A DNA stretch of 33,834 bases. Origin: a virus. Lineage: Duplodnaviria; Caudoviricetes. Each line of letters opens with the position of its first letter. Positions within the stretch are counted from its first letter, which is position 1. Location of the stretch: positions 1 through 33,834 of the IMG/VR virus record IMGVR_UViG_3300023184_000337; one strand, 5' to 3'. Of the stretch, positions 7,586 to 17,292 are shown piece by piece. A program made the translations under genes and the position numbers. The notes beneath the pieces were generated by a model, which ran no database searches, had not been told where the DNA came from, and worked only from the letters and a program-made list of their open reading frames with translations.

Positions 7586-8919
7586 TAACAATACTCCATA
7601 TCTTTGCAGTAGCCATTTTTCTGAATGTCAGGTAACAATTTCTCAAGCTTCTCACCTATGTCATCTCTTATCATGCAAGAGTTGATCATGGTTACTTTCT
7701 TTTTGAAGGTCTTGTAGCAAGCTTCACGAGCATCCTCAACAGTCTTACCAACACCTGAAACAGTCATTACATAGCTGCCGCAAGTAACTAAACAAGGCTC
7801 AGTGTTCTTACCATCCTTACCTGGTCCCATTCCCATTTTGACTTCAGACAAGTGAATGTTCTTAGTAGCATCTTCTATGGTCATATCAAAGATAGGGTAA
7901 CCAGTGTTCTCCTTCTTCTTGACATTGCTGTACGGGTAGTCAGGTTGAGACACAACAATACCCACAGCTATGTCCTTACGTACCTTCAATGTGTCTTTAC
8001 CATCAAGGCTATCTAACATCCATTGAACAGGGTCACCTAGGTGCAGAGCTTGTTGGATCTGAAACAAAGGCCAACCAGGTCTAGTAGTGAACTCTAGAGG
8101 CCACGGATTACCTTTGTCGTCAATGATGCAGTTGACATCAATGTAACCAGAGTAACCAATGCCATGCAAAAAGTCCTCAAGAGGTTTAAGAACTTTGTCA
8201 GCTAATAAAGACTCTTCTGTGTAGCGCATCACAGTACCTTGCTCACCAGTAGCAGGACCATAGTCACCAGACATCAGTTTCTTAAACTCCCAGTTCTCCA
8301 AATAGTATTTAGAGAAACCACCAAGACCAAACCAACCACCAACAGCCATCTCAGAACCAGCATGGAACTCCTGAAGAACAAACTCACCGTCATAGGCGTT
8401 CATCTTCTTCCACTTGTTCAACATAAACACCATATCACGCCAGTCTTTAGAACAGTAGCTAAGAGACTTCTCACCATCACCAACAGGTTTAGATACGTAA
8501 CGCTTCTCTTTGTTACTAAGAACAAGAGCAATAGCGTCTTCGTACTTCTTAAACTTCTGCATAGGAATAGTCTTGATGCCAGCTCTCTCAAAGATAGCTG
8601 ACCCGTACTCCCGATCCTGTTCCCAACGAGCACCCTCTACATTGCAACCGTAGATAGGATAGCCCTTGATGCGATATGGTTCTAGTTGTTTAATGTACCT
8701 GCTGTTATCAGTAACAAATATTAAGTCAGCCCAGTCCATACTGGGTTCCCAATTAGCAACCTTTTTGAAGCAATGCTCCATGCCATCACCGTTTTCACAG
8801 CGAGTGCCATCAAAGTTGTTACGCATATACACACGAACATCATGACCATGAGCACTAGACTTGATAGCCAAGTCCATAGCAAACCCACAGTCAAACTGAT
8901 CAATGATTAAGAGTTTCAT
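7585..8919 (-). CDS. ATP-grasp ligase, PurD (phosphoribosylamine-glycine ligase)-like but divergent
   Basis: Collinear with PurD: YVSKP, LQEF..G.E, KK..SGDYGPATGEQG, LEFTTRPGWP, DYPY, LVTCGSYVMTVSGVGKTVEDA...Y, RDDIG. Confidence 0.88.
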   Translation of the reverse strand: MKLLIIDQFDCGFAMDLAIKSSAHGHDVRVYMRNNFDGTRCENGDGMEHCFKKVANWEPSMDWADLIFVTDNSRYIKQLEPYRIKGYPIYGCNVEGARWEQDREYGSAIFERAGIKTIPMQKFKKYEDAIALVLSNKEKRYVSKPVGDGEKSLSYCSKDWRDMVFMLNKWKKMNAYDGEFVLQEFHAGSEMAVGGWFGLGGFSKYYLENWEFKKLMSGDYGPATGEQGTVMRYTEESLLADKVLKPLEDFLHGIGYSGYIDVNCIIDDKGNPWPLEFTTRPGWPLFQIQQALHLGDPVQWMLDSLDGKDTLKVRKDIAVGIVVSQPDYPYSNVKKKENTGYPIFDMTIEDATKNIHLSEVKMGMGPGKDGKNTEPCLVTCGSYVMTVSGVGKTVEDAREACYKTFKKKVTMINSCMIRDDIGEKLEKLLPDIQKNGYCKDMEYC

Positions 8920-11900
8920 TATTTTGCTTCTTTGTTAAGTTTTTCTCTTCTTTTATCTAAAGCTCTTTTTTCTTGGTCATGTTTTGGTGTCCACTCCATG
9001 CGCCCTTTTTTAATTTCTTTGTCCCGATACTTCCAAGCATTTTCTTTGGTAGCAAGCTCACGTTCTGCTCGTGCTAATTTATTTTGTTCAGCAGTTTTAC
9101 CGTAGACAGGGAAACCCATTGTTCCTAGTAACGCTCTCTTAGCACCTTCTCCTTCAGGTGCATCAGCACCAGCTTGTATCTGAAAAGGTAAAGTTGATTG
9201 AGCAACTGCTTTAAGTCTACCAGCACCACTCAAATCAACTAACTTAGGAGCAGTGGGGCTAGCGTACTCTAAACCACCAACACCAACAACAGCAGCTTTA
9301 GGTAAGAACCCCAACTTGTTAGACAAAGTTTTATCTGGGTCCATGATCCAGTGGTAAGGCTCCATAGCGTGTTTCATAGCTTGCATAGACGTACCATCAG
9401 GCCATTCAATACGAGTTGGATCTTTGTTGTCCCAAACATCTCTACCCGCAGTCATGTTATTAATAGCATTGATTAACGTGAAATAAACCAATGCTGTTTT
9501 GAACTGATACAACCTAGCATAGTCAGCCTTGGTTGTAGGAGCCATCATGCCTTTAATACCTTCTATAGGTTGCAACTTAGCAGGATTTAAAGATTTTGGT
9601 AAAGCAGAACTAAAGGCACGAATAGTAGAAATAGTCCAGTCAGGAGCAAACAACATAACCTGCAACGATCTACGTCCTTCTGGACTGTAAGCAGCCATAG
9701 CTATACGTTTAGCAAACTCATTGTTAGTATTTCTAGCAGCATCAAACCAGTTAAGACCACCAAAACTATCGTTAACAAACTTAGCAATTTCTTTACGAGA
9801 AGCAGACTCATCAAAAGGTTTGCCCTCTTTAGCAGCTTGTAAGCGAGCCTTTTCAAGGTACGCATCAGCCACCATAATTTTGCCACCAGTGTGCAAATAA
9901 TCCCAGGTGTACTTATCAAAAACACCTAGGGTATATTTTTCAACTGTAGACATAGTGCTTTCAAGAGCACGAGTTTTAGGTCCATATTTACCAATCATTG
10001 TGTCTGCAAATTTACCCACAGCACTTAACATACCTTTAGAAACATCTTCAGGTACTTCTAATTGCAAACCAGACTCTCGTATCCATGTGTCTACGCTATC
10101 ACCTAAACCACCTTTTTTATATTGTTCAACAGCTTTAGAAATAGCAGATAACTGAAGGTCTTTGCCACTAACAGCTTTAACACCCTTTTCAACTAAAGGA
10201 AGAGCAATAGCTTCTTTAAGAGGAGTCCACAAAGGAATCTTGGCACTAGACAAAACTTCCATCAAAGACTTAGCGTGAAAGAAAGAACCAATAACGTTAA
10301 TACGTTTAACAGCTTGAGAAATAGTTCCCAACGCTTGCATAGTTAAACCAGGACCAGAATCAAATACAAACTTTAAAGGAGCTACTAAATCAGGATGAAT
10401 AGCATAACCAGCTAAATCTGGATGATCTATTTGTTTCCAACTATAAGGCAAATCTTCTGGACCAGTAATAGGTTTAATTAAAGACTCACCATTAATGTTT
10501 CTAATCTGTTTAATGTTATCTATTAGATTTTTATTTTCAATAGCTTTTTCAACAGACAAAGCATAGTCTTTGTAGATCTCTGCAAGGTTGTTTGTCTTAA
10601 GTTTGAAACGGTAGTCTTTACCATTCTCAGCCAACCACTCATTAATTCCATTAATATGACTAACAAGATCTTCACGAGTTTTAAGTCTACGTTCTTGACC
10701 GTACTTAGTAGTTGTCTTAGTGCCATTACCAGATGCTTTCTCACCATAACCAAAAGCATCACGCATGAACTCTTCAAGCGCACCTTTAGGAGCTGCACCT
10801 TCTGACACAACATTACGAGCTACGTAGTTCTCATGCCAACCTTTAATGACACCATTCTCTAAAGCTCGTTTACCAAGCTCGTCCATTAAGGTACGAAACT
10901 TAGTTGCAACTTCTTTAGCTTTGCCTTCTAAAGTAACACCCCTATCAATATCAAAACTAAGCTGTTCTAAATTAACATCTTTACCAGCCAACTCTTTTAT
11001 GTCAGCAGTGTTGTTATGAACAATACGTTCGTTAGCTAGTTTGTTATTAAGGTTTGTTCCTACAAATTCTTCAACTTGTTTAACAGGTTCAGGCCAAGTC
11101 TTTTTAAACTCTTCCCAACCTTTAAAGAACTCAACAGCTTCTACTTCACCGTGCTTCTCATAGATGTCTGTAGCTATGCTTAAAAATTCTTTGTCATCTT
11201 TAACGTCACGAGGAGAAGTTTTAGTTGTGTCAACAACAGGCTCATCAGGTGAGCTAGGCTTCTTAGGAACACCAGCAGGTTGTTCTTCAGTAATCTTAAA
11301 ACGTTCATCACCTGCTTTACGAAGGTCACCACTATGCAAACCGTCTTCGGGGATTTCTAGTTTAGCCCTAGTCTTAGTTACTTCCCTATACTTAGGTTCT
11401 GTAGGACCAAACTCTTCTACAAGTTTTAATTTCTTTTCAAGATCTTTAATTTCTTTTCTAGTATTTGATGCAGTTTGCCACGCATCAGTTCGTTCTGCAT
11501 CAGAAAGTTTTTCTTTTAAAGACTGAAGTTCTTTATTAATGTCTTCTTTTGTTCTAGAAGGAACAGCGACTTCTTTGGCAGTGTATTCTTCTACAGGTAC
11601 TTGACCTGTATTAACAGCACGGTCAGCAGCTTCTTGACGAGTTAAAAACTGACCACGCTCATCTAAGAAACCTTGGTCATGGGTATCAACAGTCTCAGCT
11701 TTACGAGCTTCGTCATGCTTAGGACCCATGCGTTCTATTTCACCAGTCTCTTTGTTCCTAATAGCAGCTTCAACCAAAGGAGATGTAGAAGCTCTTTGAT
11801 CAGCTTCTTTTTTAACTTTGTCTTTAAAAGTTTCTATTTGTTCAGGAGTAGCAGCAGGAGGAGGTGGTGTAACTTCTTCTTTTTTAACTTCAGGTTTAGG

Positions 11901-12587
11901 TTTTGTAACAGGAGCAGTTTGTCCCAATACCTTTTCACCAAGCTTAGTAGGCTTAGTAAATGCACCAGTAGCAACATCAATAGCTATAGATTTAGGATCA
12001 AGTACAGGTTGGCCTTCAATAGCTCGTTGACCAGCACCAATACCAGTCATAACACCAGAACCTACAGCAGCTTCTTTGATACTTTGAGGTAATCCAGGAC
12101 GCATAAAGGGGCCTAGAGAACCACCAGTAACAGAACCAGCTAAAGAATAACCAGGATATTCTTGACGTTGTTTTTCTCTTGTACCAACAATGTCTGTACC
12201 AAACACTTTGTCAAACACGCTCTCAAGACTAGTGATGCCCATAGAACCAAGATAACCACCTGCAACACCCCCCACAATACCCGTAACAGGTTTAGCCCAA
12301 ACAGGTTGAGGAATAGCCATACCAGCTCTAGCACCAGCTAAAGCAGCAGGAGAAGCACCAACAGACTCTAAATAAGAAGAAGCAAAAGCTCCAGCACCAC
12401 TAACTTTTTCTTCTTGTTTCTTAGTGTAGTCAGCCATAGACTTCTCTAAGAAGCCTGGTTTAGTTTCTTTAGCAGCAGGTTTAGTTACAACTTCATCATC
12501 TTGTCCCCAAGAAGAAGTCTGTTTAGCAGCAGGTGCAACAGTCTTAGCTGGAGTAACAACCTCATCGTTTTGTCCCCAATCAGCCAT
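8919..12587 (-). CDS. Large internal virion / DNA ejection protein, 1222 aa
   Basis: Size, position as third gene of the ejection trio, Gly/Ala hydrophobic N-terminal segments and a helical C-terminal region. Confidence 0.75.
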   Translation of the reverse strand: MADWGQNDEVVTPAKTVAPAAKQTSSWGQDDEVVTKPAAKETKPGFLEKSMADYTKKQEEKVSGAGAFASSYLESVGASPAALAGARAGMAIPQPVWAKPVTGIVGGVAGGYLGSMGITSLESVFDKVFGTDIVGTREKQRQEYPGYSLAGSVTGGSLGPFMRPGLPQSIKEAAVGSGVMTGIGAGQRAIEGQPVLDPKSIAIDVATGAFTKPTKLGEKVLGQTAPVTKPKPEVKKEEVTPPPPAATPEQIETFKDKVKKEADQRASTSPLVEAAIRNKETGEIERMGPKHDEARKAETVDTHDQGFLDERGQFLTRQEAADRAVNTGQVPVEEYTAKEVAVPSRTKEDINKELQSLKEKLSDAERTDAWQTASNTRKEIKDLEKKLKLVEEFGPTEPKYREVTKTRAKLEIPEDGLHSGDLRKAGDERFKITEEQPAGVPKKPSSPDEPVVDTTKTSPRDVKDDKEFLSIATDIYEKHGEVEAVEFFKGWEEFKKTWPEPVKQVEEFVGTNLNNKLANERIVHNNTADIKELAGKDVNLEQLSFDIDRGVTLEGKAKEVATKFRTLMDELGKRALENGVIKGWHENYVARNVVSEGAAPKGALEEFMRDAFGYGEKASGNGTKTTTKYGQERRLKTREDLVSHINGINEWLAENGKDYRFKLKTNNLAEIYKDYALSVEKAIENKNLIDNIKQIRNINGESLIKPITGPEDLPYSWKQIDHPDLAGYAIHPDLVAPLKFVFDSGPGLTMQALGTISQAVKRINVIGSFFHAKSLMEVLSSAKIPLWTPLKEAIALPLVEKGVKAVSGKDLQLSAISKAVEQYKKGGLGDSVDTWIRESGLQLEVPEDVSKGMLSAVGKFADTMIGKYGPKTRALESTMSTVEKYTLGVFDKYTWDYLHTGGKIMVADAYLEKARLQAAKEGKPFDESASRKEIAKFVNDSFGGLNWFDAARNTNNEFAKRIAMAAYSPEGRRSLQVMLFAPDWTISTIRAFSSALPKSLNPAKLQPIEGIKGMMAPTTKADYARLYQFKTALVYFTLINAINNMTAGRDVWDNKDPTRIEWPDGTSMQAMKHAMEPYHWIMDPDKTLSNKLGFLPKAAVVGVGGLEYASPTAPKLVDLSGAGRLKAVAQSTLPFQIQAGADAPEGEGAKRALLGTMGFPVYGKTAEQNKLARAERELATKENAWKYRDKEIKKGRMEWTPKHDQEKRALDKRREKLNKEAK

Positions 12588-12592
12588 GATGT

Positions 12593-13891
12593 TTAACCCT
12601 TCTTACGTTTGACTACACCATCTTGTATGTAGTAGCTGTTAGGAGGCAGCTTGTCATACTCTTCTTTAGAAGTAGGTTTAGCAGGATTGTCCTGAGTGTA
12701 TTTGTTACTAGGAACACTAGGCTTACTAGTTTTAGGAGTAAGAGTTGTGTCTCGTTTAGTAGAGACTGCTGGCTTCTCTTCTTCAGGAGAACCACCAAAC
12801 AACTCCATTTCCTTTTTAAGGTTATCAATAATAGTTTGTTTACCAGGAAAGTTAGGAGCTGTAACAGCTAGGTTAAGTTCTTTTTGAAGCTGACTACGTT
12901 TAAATTCATCACGAGCATTAACAGCTCTGCTGTACTCAGCAGTCTCATCAGACTTAAAAAACATAGCTTTATCTAATTTAGCTTGAGCAGCATCTACTTT
13001 GGCATTTAAACCTTCAAGAGTCTTTTGGCCAGACCTCTCAATAGTTTCTTGTGCTTTGGTATAGATGTTCCAGTCACGCATCTCACGATCACCACCACCC
13101 ATACTCTTAGCAGCTATGCGAGCGTTAGCATTAATAACAGCAATACGTTCTCTAGAAGTATCAACAAGCTTTTGTTTTTCCAACTCAATCTCTTTGAGCT
13201 GTTTAGCCATCTGCCCTTTAGCATTGAGCATCAAGTTCTTAGTAGCCTCTTTCTTTTCTTTAGGAGACATCTTGTTCCAATTAGCTTCACCAACTTGAGC
13301 AATCAAAGCTTTCCTATTTTCTTCAGGAAGGTTGCTAAATGTTTCTTCAACTTTGCTATCAGGCATAGCTGACAACACACCATACACATCACCAATTAAT
13401 TGAGATTGTTGGTCTAATGTTTTTTGTCTGTTAGCTACTTTACGAGTCTCATACAACTCAGAAGAAGCTAAAGTCTTTGCTCCGTTCTCTACATCACCAG
13501 ATGCAAATTGAACAGACGCAGCTAACCTAAGACGTTCAGCGTCATCAGCTTTAGACCATTCAGGAGTCTCAATAAGTTTCTGTAATTTTTCTTTAGACTC
13601 TTTACCTGCTTTAAGATTAGTGTCAGTAATTAAATTAGAAAGACGTTTAGCTTCTATGTTTTGTTTTTCTTGTTCTTGTTTTAATGCAGCTTCTTGAGGA
13701 GCATATTGAGCTTTAAGACGATCCTGTTCAAGCTTGAGCTTAACTTCTTCAGGAGCAGCACGATCCTCTGCTAATCTACGTTGAGCAGCAGCTTGAGTTA
13801 AGTCTTGTATGTACGGAGCTTTAGCTACGTTCTCTTGTAACTGCTCAATAGCTTTGCTACCAGCAGCTATGTCAGACATCATGTATGGCAT
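12593..13891 (-). CDS. Internal virion / ejection protein (coiled coil)
   Basis: Q/E/K/A-rich helical 432 aa protein between the pilot-like and large ejection proteins. Confidence 0.7.
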   Translation of the reverse strand: MPYMMSDIAAGSKAIEQLQENVAKAPYIQDLTQAAAQRRLAEDRAAPEEVKLKLEQDRLKAQYAPQEAALKQEQEKQNIEAKRLSNLITDTNLKAGKESKEKLQKLIETPEWSKADDAERLRLAASVQFASGDVENGAKTLASSELYETRKVANRQKTLDQQSQLIGDVYGVLSAMPDSKVEETFSNLPEENRKALIAQVGEANWNKMSPKEKKEATKNLMLNAKGQMAKQLKEIELEKQKLVDTSRERIAVINANARIAAKSMGGGDREMRDWNIYTKAQETIERSGQKTLEGLNAKVDAAQAKLDKAMFFKSDETAEYSRAVNARDEFKRSQLQKELNLAVTAPNFPGKQTIIDNLKKEMELFGGSPEEEKPAVSTKRDTTLTPKTSKPSVPSNKYTQDNPAKPTSKEEYDKLPPNSYYIQDGVVKRKKG

Positions 13892-13906
13892 AACTTATTC
13901 CTTTAC

Positions 13907-14491
13907 TTAAAAGTTAACCATACCAAAAGGATCAAAGTTTTGTGGTCCACTCATGCCACCACTACCACCCCCATAGCTACTACCACTGGGGTTATATATT
14001 TGACCAATGCCTTGAACAATACCACCTAAACCTTGCATCTGAGCTTGTTGTTGTGCTTGTCCAGCAAGTATTCCAGCTTGTCCACCTATGGCAGGAGAGT
14101 AACCAGCACCAGAACCTGTAGCAAGTCTGTTCATATAGTCTTGCATAAAGCCATAGTAACCTTGTTGAGAAGTCTTATCTAAAGCTAATTGTTCGTTACC
14201 AGACCTAAGCATTCCAGATGCAGCAGATGTTCGTTTAGAAGCCTCTAGAGCAGGATCTAATACTCCTGTTTGAAACTGACTAAACCCAGGCATTTTAGTA
14301 ATGTCTGTTTGAACACCTGGTTGCAACATACCAGAATACATTTCTCCAAGTTTGGCTCTGTAAGGAGCAAAAGGATCTACAGCTTGTTGGGCAGTACCAC
14401 TTACTTGAGTACCACCGCCACCACCCCCGCCTCCAAATAAAGAGTTGAGTCCTCCAGCAATACCTACGATTGATCCAATAGTGGCTAACAT
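13907..14491 (-). CDS. DNA injection/pilot protein (P22 gp7-like)
   Basis: Gly-rich hydrophobic N-terminus, then PFAPY...PGFSQFQ...SAASGMLRSGN..L...SQ...Y..YMNRL pattern. Confidence 0.75.
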   Translation of the reverse strand: MLATIGSIVGIAGGLNSLFGGGGGGGGTQVSGTAQQAVDPFAPYRAKLGEMYSGMLQPGVQTDITKMPGFSQFQTGVLDPALEASKRTSAASGMLRSGNEQLALDKTSQQGYYGFMQDYMNRLATGSGAGYSPAIGGQAGILAGQAQQQAQMQGLGGIVQGIGQIYNPSGSSYGGGSGGMSGPQNFDPFGMVNF

Positions 14492-14492
14492 A

Positions 14493-14825
14493 TTAATTCT
14501 CCGATTCGTTGTAAGCTTTGACTAACTCTAGAGCTTCTTTAGCTTCCTTCTTAGATACTTCATCTTCAGCCCATAGGCATAACCAAATCACATCAGTTAT
14601 TGCTTCAACTCTATGAGTAGTATCTTTAGGAATAGTAACTAACTTATAACCAGTCATACGGGTGGTTATCCCGTTTATAGTAACGTCAGCCGTACCTGAG
14701 ACTAATACAGAACTGTGGGCATGTTTATGTTCGTGAGAGTTAATAAACATACCAGCGTCTATTTTTGTTTCCACAATAAAGACACTGCCACTCTCTTCAT
14801 CACCACCAAAAAACTGTAAGTCCAT
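14493..14825 (-). CDS. Cupin-fold protein
   Basis: SHEHKHAHSSVLVSG and IPKDTTHRVEAITD cupin motifs 1 and 2. Confidence 0.8.
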   Translation of the reverse strand: MDLQFFGGDEESGSVFIVETKIDAGMFINSHEHKHAHSSVLVSGTADVTINGITTRMTGYKLVTIPKDTTHRVEAITDVIWLCLWAEDEVSKKEAKEALELVKAYNESEN

Positions 14826-14834
14826 TTTAATCCT

Positions 14835-16304
14835 TTATCTGCGGTAACGTCCACCACCAACAGCTTGTTCTTGATCCATCTCACCAATCCTAAAATCTAC
14901 TTCAGCTCCATCAAGTCTTAATGGACAGTTACTAGTAACAAGGAACTCCCAAGCTCTACGTCTGTCAGCACCACTGAGATATATCTGTGACCTAGAAGCA
15001 TTCAAGTCTATAGACCTGTAACTAGACCAGGTAACGTAGTCATCTCCAGAGTGACGTATTTGCATTGTTCCTGCTGTCTTATCACCCACGATCTCTAACC
15101 TTCCATAAAACTTACGCTTAGTAGTCCCGTTGTCTATGATGTCCGTAACAGTACGGCAGTAGATAGGTTGGGTGTTATCTCGGTAGGTGTTGACATCAAA
15201 GTAATACAAAGTAGCTGTATCGTCATCTAGGGTATACGCTACCCCACCTAATGATGCAAAGAAAGCAGGACGAAAGTAAGACTCTTGGTAAGTACCAGGA
15301 TAGGGTTGGTCATTACTTTGGATAGAGAATTGAGTCCATGAGTACCACATCTTCTCGTTTAAGTCGTATACCAAAGTCTTTTGGGTGTTATGCAAAGTTA
15401 AAATATACAGAGTATGCCCATCTATGGTGTAGCAATAGGCAGATACTTGTCCTAAGTTATCAGCTTCTAAATGACGGTCTACAGACGATGTAGAGACACG
15501 AATGGGTGATACCCCATCCATAAGATAAACAGAACGGCTGTTGGTCTTTGTAGCCCCTATCCAGAGCACTGTGTTACTAGTAGCAACAATACTATCCCCA
15601 CTAGCACAACCAATCTCAGAGGTATAGGTAGAAGCTACAGCTAAAGGAGAACCAGTAGCGTTAGCAGCATCGTAATAAAACTGAGTGCTAACAGCACCAA
15701 AAGCTATTAAGTAGTTCAAGTGCTTAGCAATACCTACAAGGGTATCCGTAGTCTGCTCAAAGCTTATGTAGTTAAGAGCATCCCAAGTAGTTGGGTCACC
15801 AACGTTAGAGTTGTATATACGATTATTACTAGTGCCAATAAACAGATAGTTGTCTAAATACACAACACCAGATACATACGGTCCTGAAGGCAACGTAGTC
15901 ATGGACACAGATGAACCAGATTGGTCGTATAGGTATCCGTTAATTTTATTTTGAAAGAACAAGTAAGTGTCAAGGAACGTCTTAACAAAGTAACTCTGGC
16001 TAGTTGAAGCAGACGTAGTACCCAAAGTAGTCACAGCATAAGAAGAGCTAGGATCAACTTGGTAAATGGTGTTATTAATAACAGCAGTAAGCTTGTTGTT
16101 AAAAGCAACTAAACCTTGACTAGGTGTATATGCAGGTGGTGTAACAGGTGTAATCTGTACAGCAGCTACAAGACCTGGACGTTTAATAAACTCCCGCTTT
16201 TGATCCCTTGTCTCAAAGAAACAATTAGACGAATAAGAATCCTTAGCAAAACTACCCGTTCTGCTTTCAATAGGTTGAGTAAGCGGTATACGTTCTGTAG
16301 CCAT
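14835..16304 (-). CDS. Tail nozzle / DNA stabilisation protein (P22 gp10-like)
   Basis: KRPGL, YLDNY, IGCAS..SI, GHTLYIL...TLVYDL....W, SGDDYVTWS, RRRAWEF beta-propeller pattern. Confidence 0.85.
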   Translation of the reverse strand: MATERIPLTQPIESRTGSFAKDSYSSNCFFETRDQKREFIKRPGLVAAVQITPVTPPAYTPSQGLVAFNNKLTAVINNTIYQVDPSSSYAVTTLGTTSASTSQSYFVKTFLDTYLFFQNKINGYLYDQSGSSVSMTTLPSGPYVSGVVYLDNYLFIGTSNNRIYNSNVGDPTTWDALNYISFEQTTDTLVGIAKHLNYLIAFGAVSTQFYYDAANATGSPLAVASTYTSEIGCASGDSIVATSNTVLWIGATKTNSRSVYLMDGVSPIRVSTSSVDRHLEADNLGQVSAYCYTIDGHTLYILTLHNTQKTLVYDLNEKMWYSWTQFSIQSNDQPYPGTYQESYFRPAFFASLGGVAYTLDDDTATLYYFDVNTYRDNTQPIYCRTVTDIIDNGTTKRKFYGRLEIVGDKTAGTMQIRHSGDDYVTWSSYRSIDLNASRSQIYLSGADRRRAWEFLVTSNCPLRLDGAEVDFRIGEMDQEQAVGGGRYRR

Positions 16305-16306
16305 GC

Positions 16307-17071
16307 TTACCGTCCATAGGAGTTGTTAGACGTAGATCTAAAGTCTGGTTGGAAGAATGTACTAGATACCTCAACGTTCCAATCATCAAGTTGAGTTTTA
16401 TATGTTTGTGCTCTTGTAGCAATTTCTTGTCTAGCATTCATAGGAACACCATACTCTAAAGCTAATTGGTCAGCTAAGTTCCATACCAAACAATTCATCC
16501 ACTCGTTAGGGAAGTCTGGTATGTCAGTAGCTAACGTCATGTCATTTAAAGGCATTTGAGCAATTATGTGTAGCTCAAGGTTAGCTTCAGAGTAAGCATC
16601 AGGTGTTAGGTACACATACAAAATACCATTGATCTTTTTGCTATCGTAAAAGATTGTGTTAGCAGTACCAGTAGAAAATTTAGAACCCAATACGTTGTAC
16701 TCTTGTTTAGAGACAATCATTACAGGTGTATCTATGACTGGGTTACTAGTAACATTACGATAGAACCCTTGTATAACTTTAAGGGGTCTGTCTGTAATAG
16801 CTACAGTAGGTGCTAACGAGTCATACATTAAATCAGATCCATTACCACCCAATGTGTAATTAGTCTGACTAGCGTTTAAAGGAACAATCAGCTCTGATAC
16901 TTTCCATAACTTAAGACCATCAGTGTTAAGTTGTTTGACAAGCAAGTTGAGAGACATATTGGCATTAGCAATAGTCTCTGCATCAGGTGTACTACCAACC
17001 TCAAGCGTCCCTAACTTTCTTAAAGCTAAAGAAATGATTTGGTCACGATTGATGGAGTAGTTAGAAGACAT
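16307..17071 (-). CDS. Head-to-tail adaptor
   Basis: II..ALRKLG..., SLNLLV, DFPNEW...LVWNLA..LALEYG; directly upstream of the nozzle gene. Confidence 0.8.
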   Translation of the reverse strand: MSSNYSINRDQIISLALRKLGTLEVGSTPDAETIANANMSLNLLVKQLNTDGLKLWKVSELIVPLNASQTNYTLGGNGSDLMYDSLAPTVAITDRPLKVIQGFYRNVTSNPVIDTPVMIVSKQEYNVLGSKFSTGTANTIFYDSKKINGILYVYLTPDAYSEANLELHIIAQMPLNDMTLATDIPDFPNEWMNCLVWNLADQLALEYGVPMNARQEIATRAQTYKTQLDDWNVEVSSTFFQPDFRSTSNNSYGR

Positions 17072-17077
17072 GATTTT

Positions 17078-17287
17078 TTACTGTGCTGGTTGCTGTTGTT
17101 GAGCTGCTAAAGCTTGAGCCTCTGCTTCTTGTTGAGCAACAATAGCCGCAGCTTCAGCAGCTTGTTGGGCTGCCAACTCAGCAGCCTGTTGAGCTACTGC
17201 TGCATCATGGATTGCTTGTTCTTCAGCGGTGTACTCAACTTGAGTGACTTCACCTGTTTCTACATTTACTACGATTCTGTGTGTCAT
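17078..17287 (-). CDS. Small tail-fibre-associated protein
   Basis: RIVVNVETGEV....YTAEE followed by an A/Q-rich helix; follows the fibre genes. Confidence 0.65.
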   Translation of the reverse strand: MTHRIVVNVETGEVTQVEYTAEEQAIHDAAVAQQAAELAAQQAAEAAAIVAQQEAEAQALAAQQQQPAQ

Positions 17288-17292
17288 GATGT

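Noticed and set aside
7585-8919. Calling the gene purD, an auxiliary purine biosynthesis gene
   Set aside because: Substrate-binding and catalytic motifs differ from PurD, the context is structural, and no other pur genes are in the window.
8919-12587. Virion RNA polymerase within the large ejection protein
   Set aside because: No DxDGD/DFDxD or T7/N4-type polymerase motifs were recognised, and it is much shorter than known virion RNAPs.
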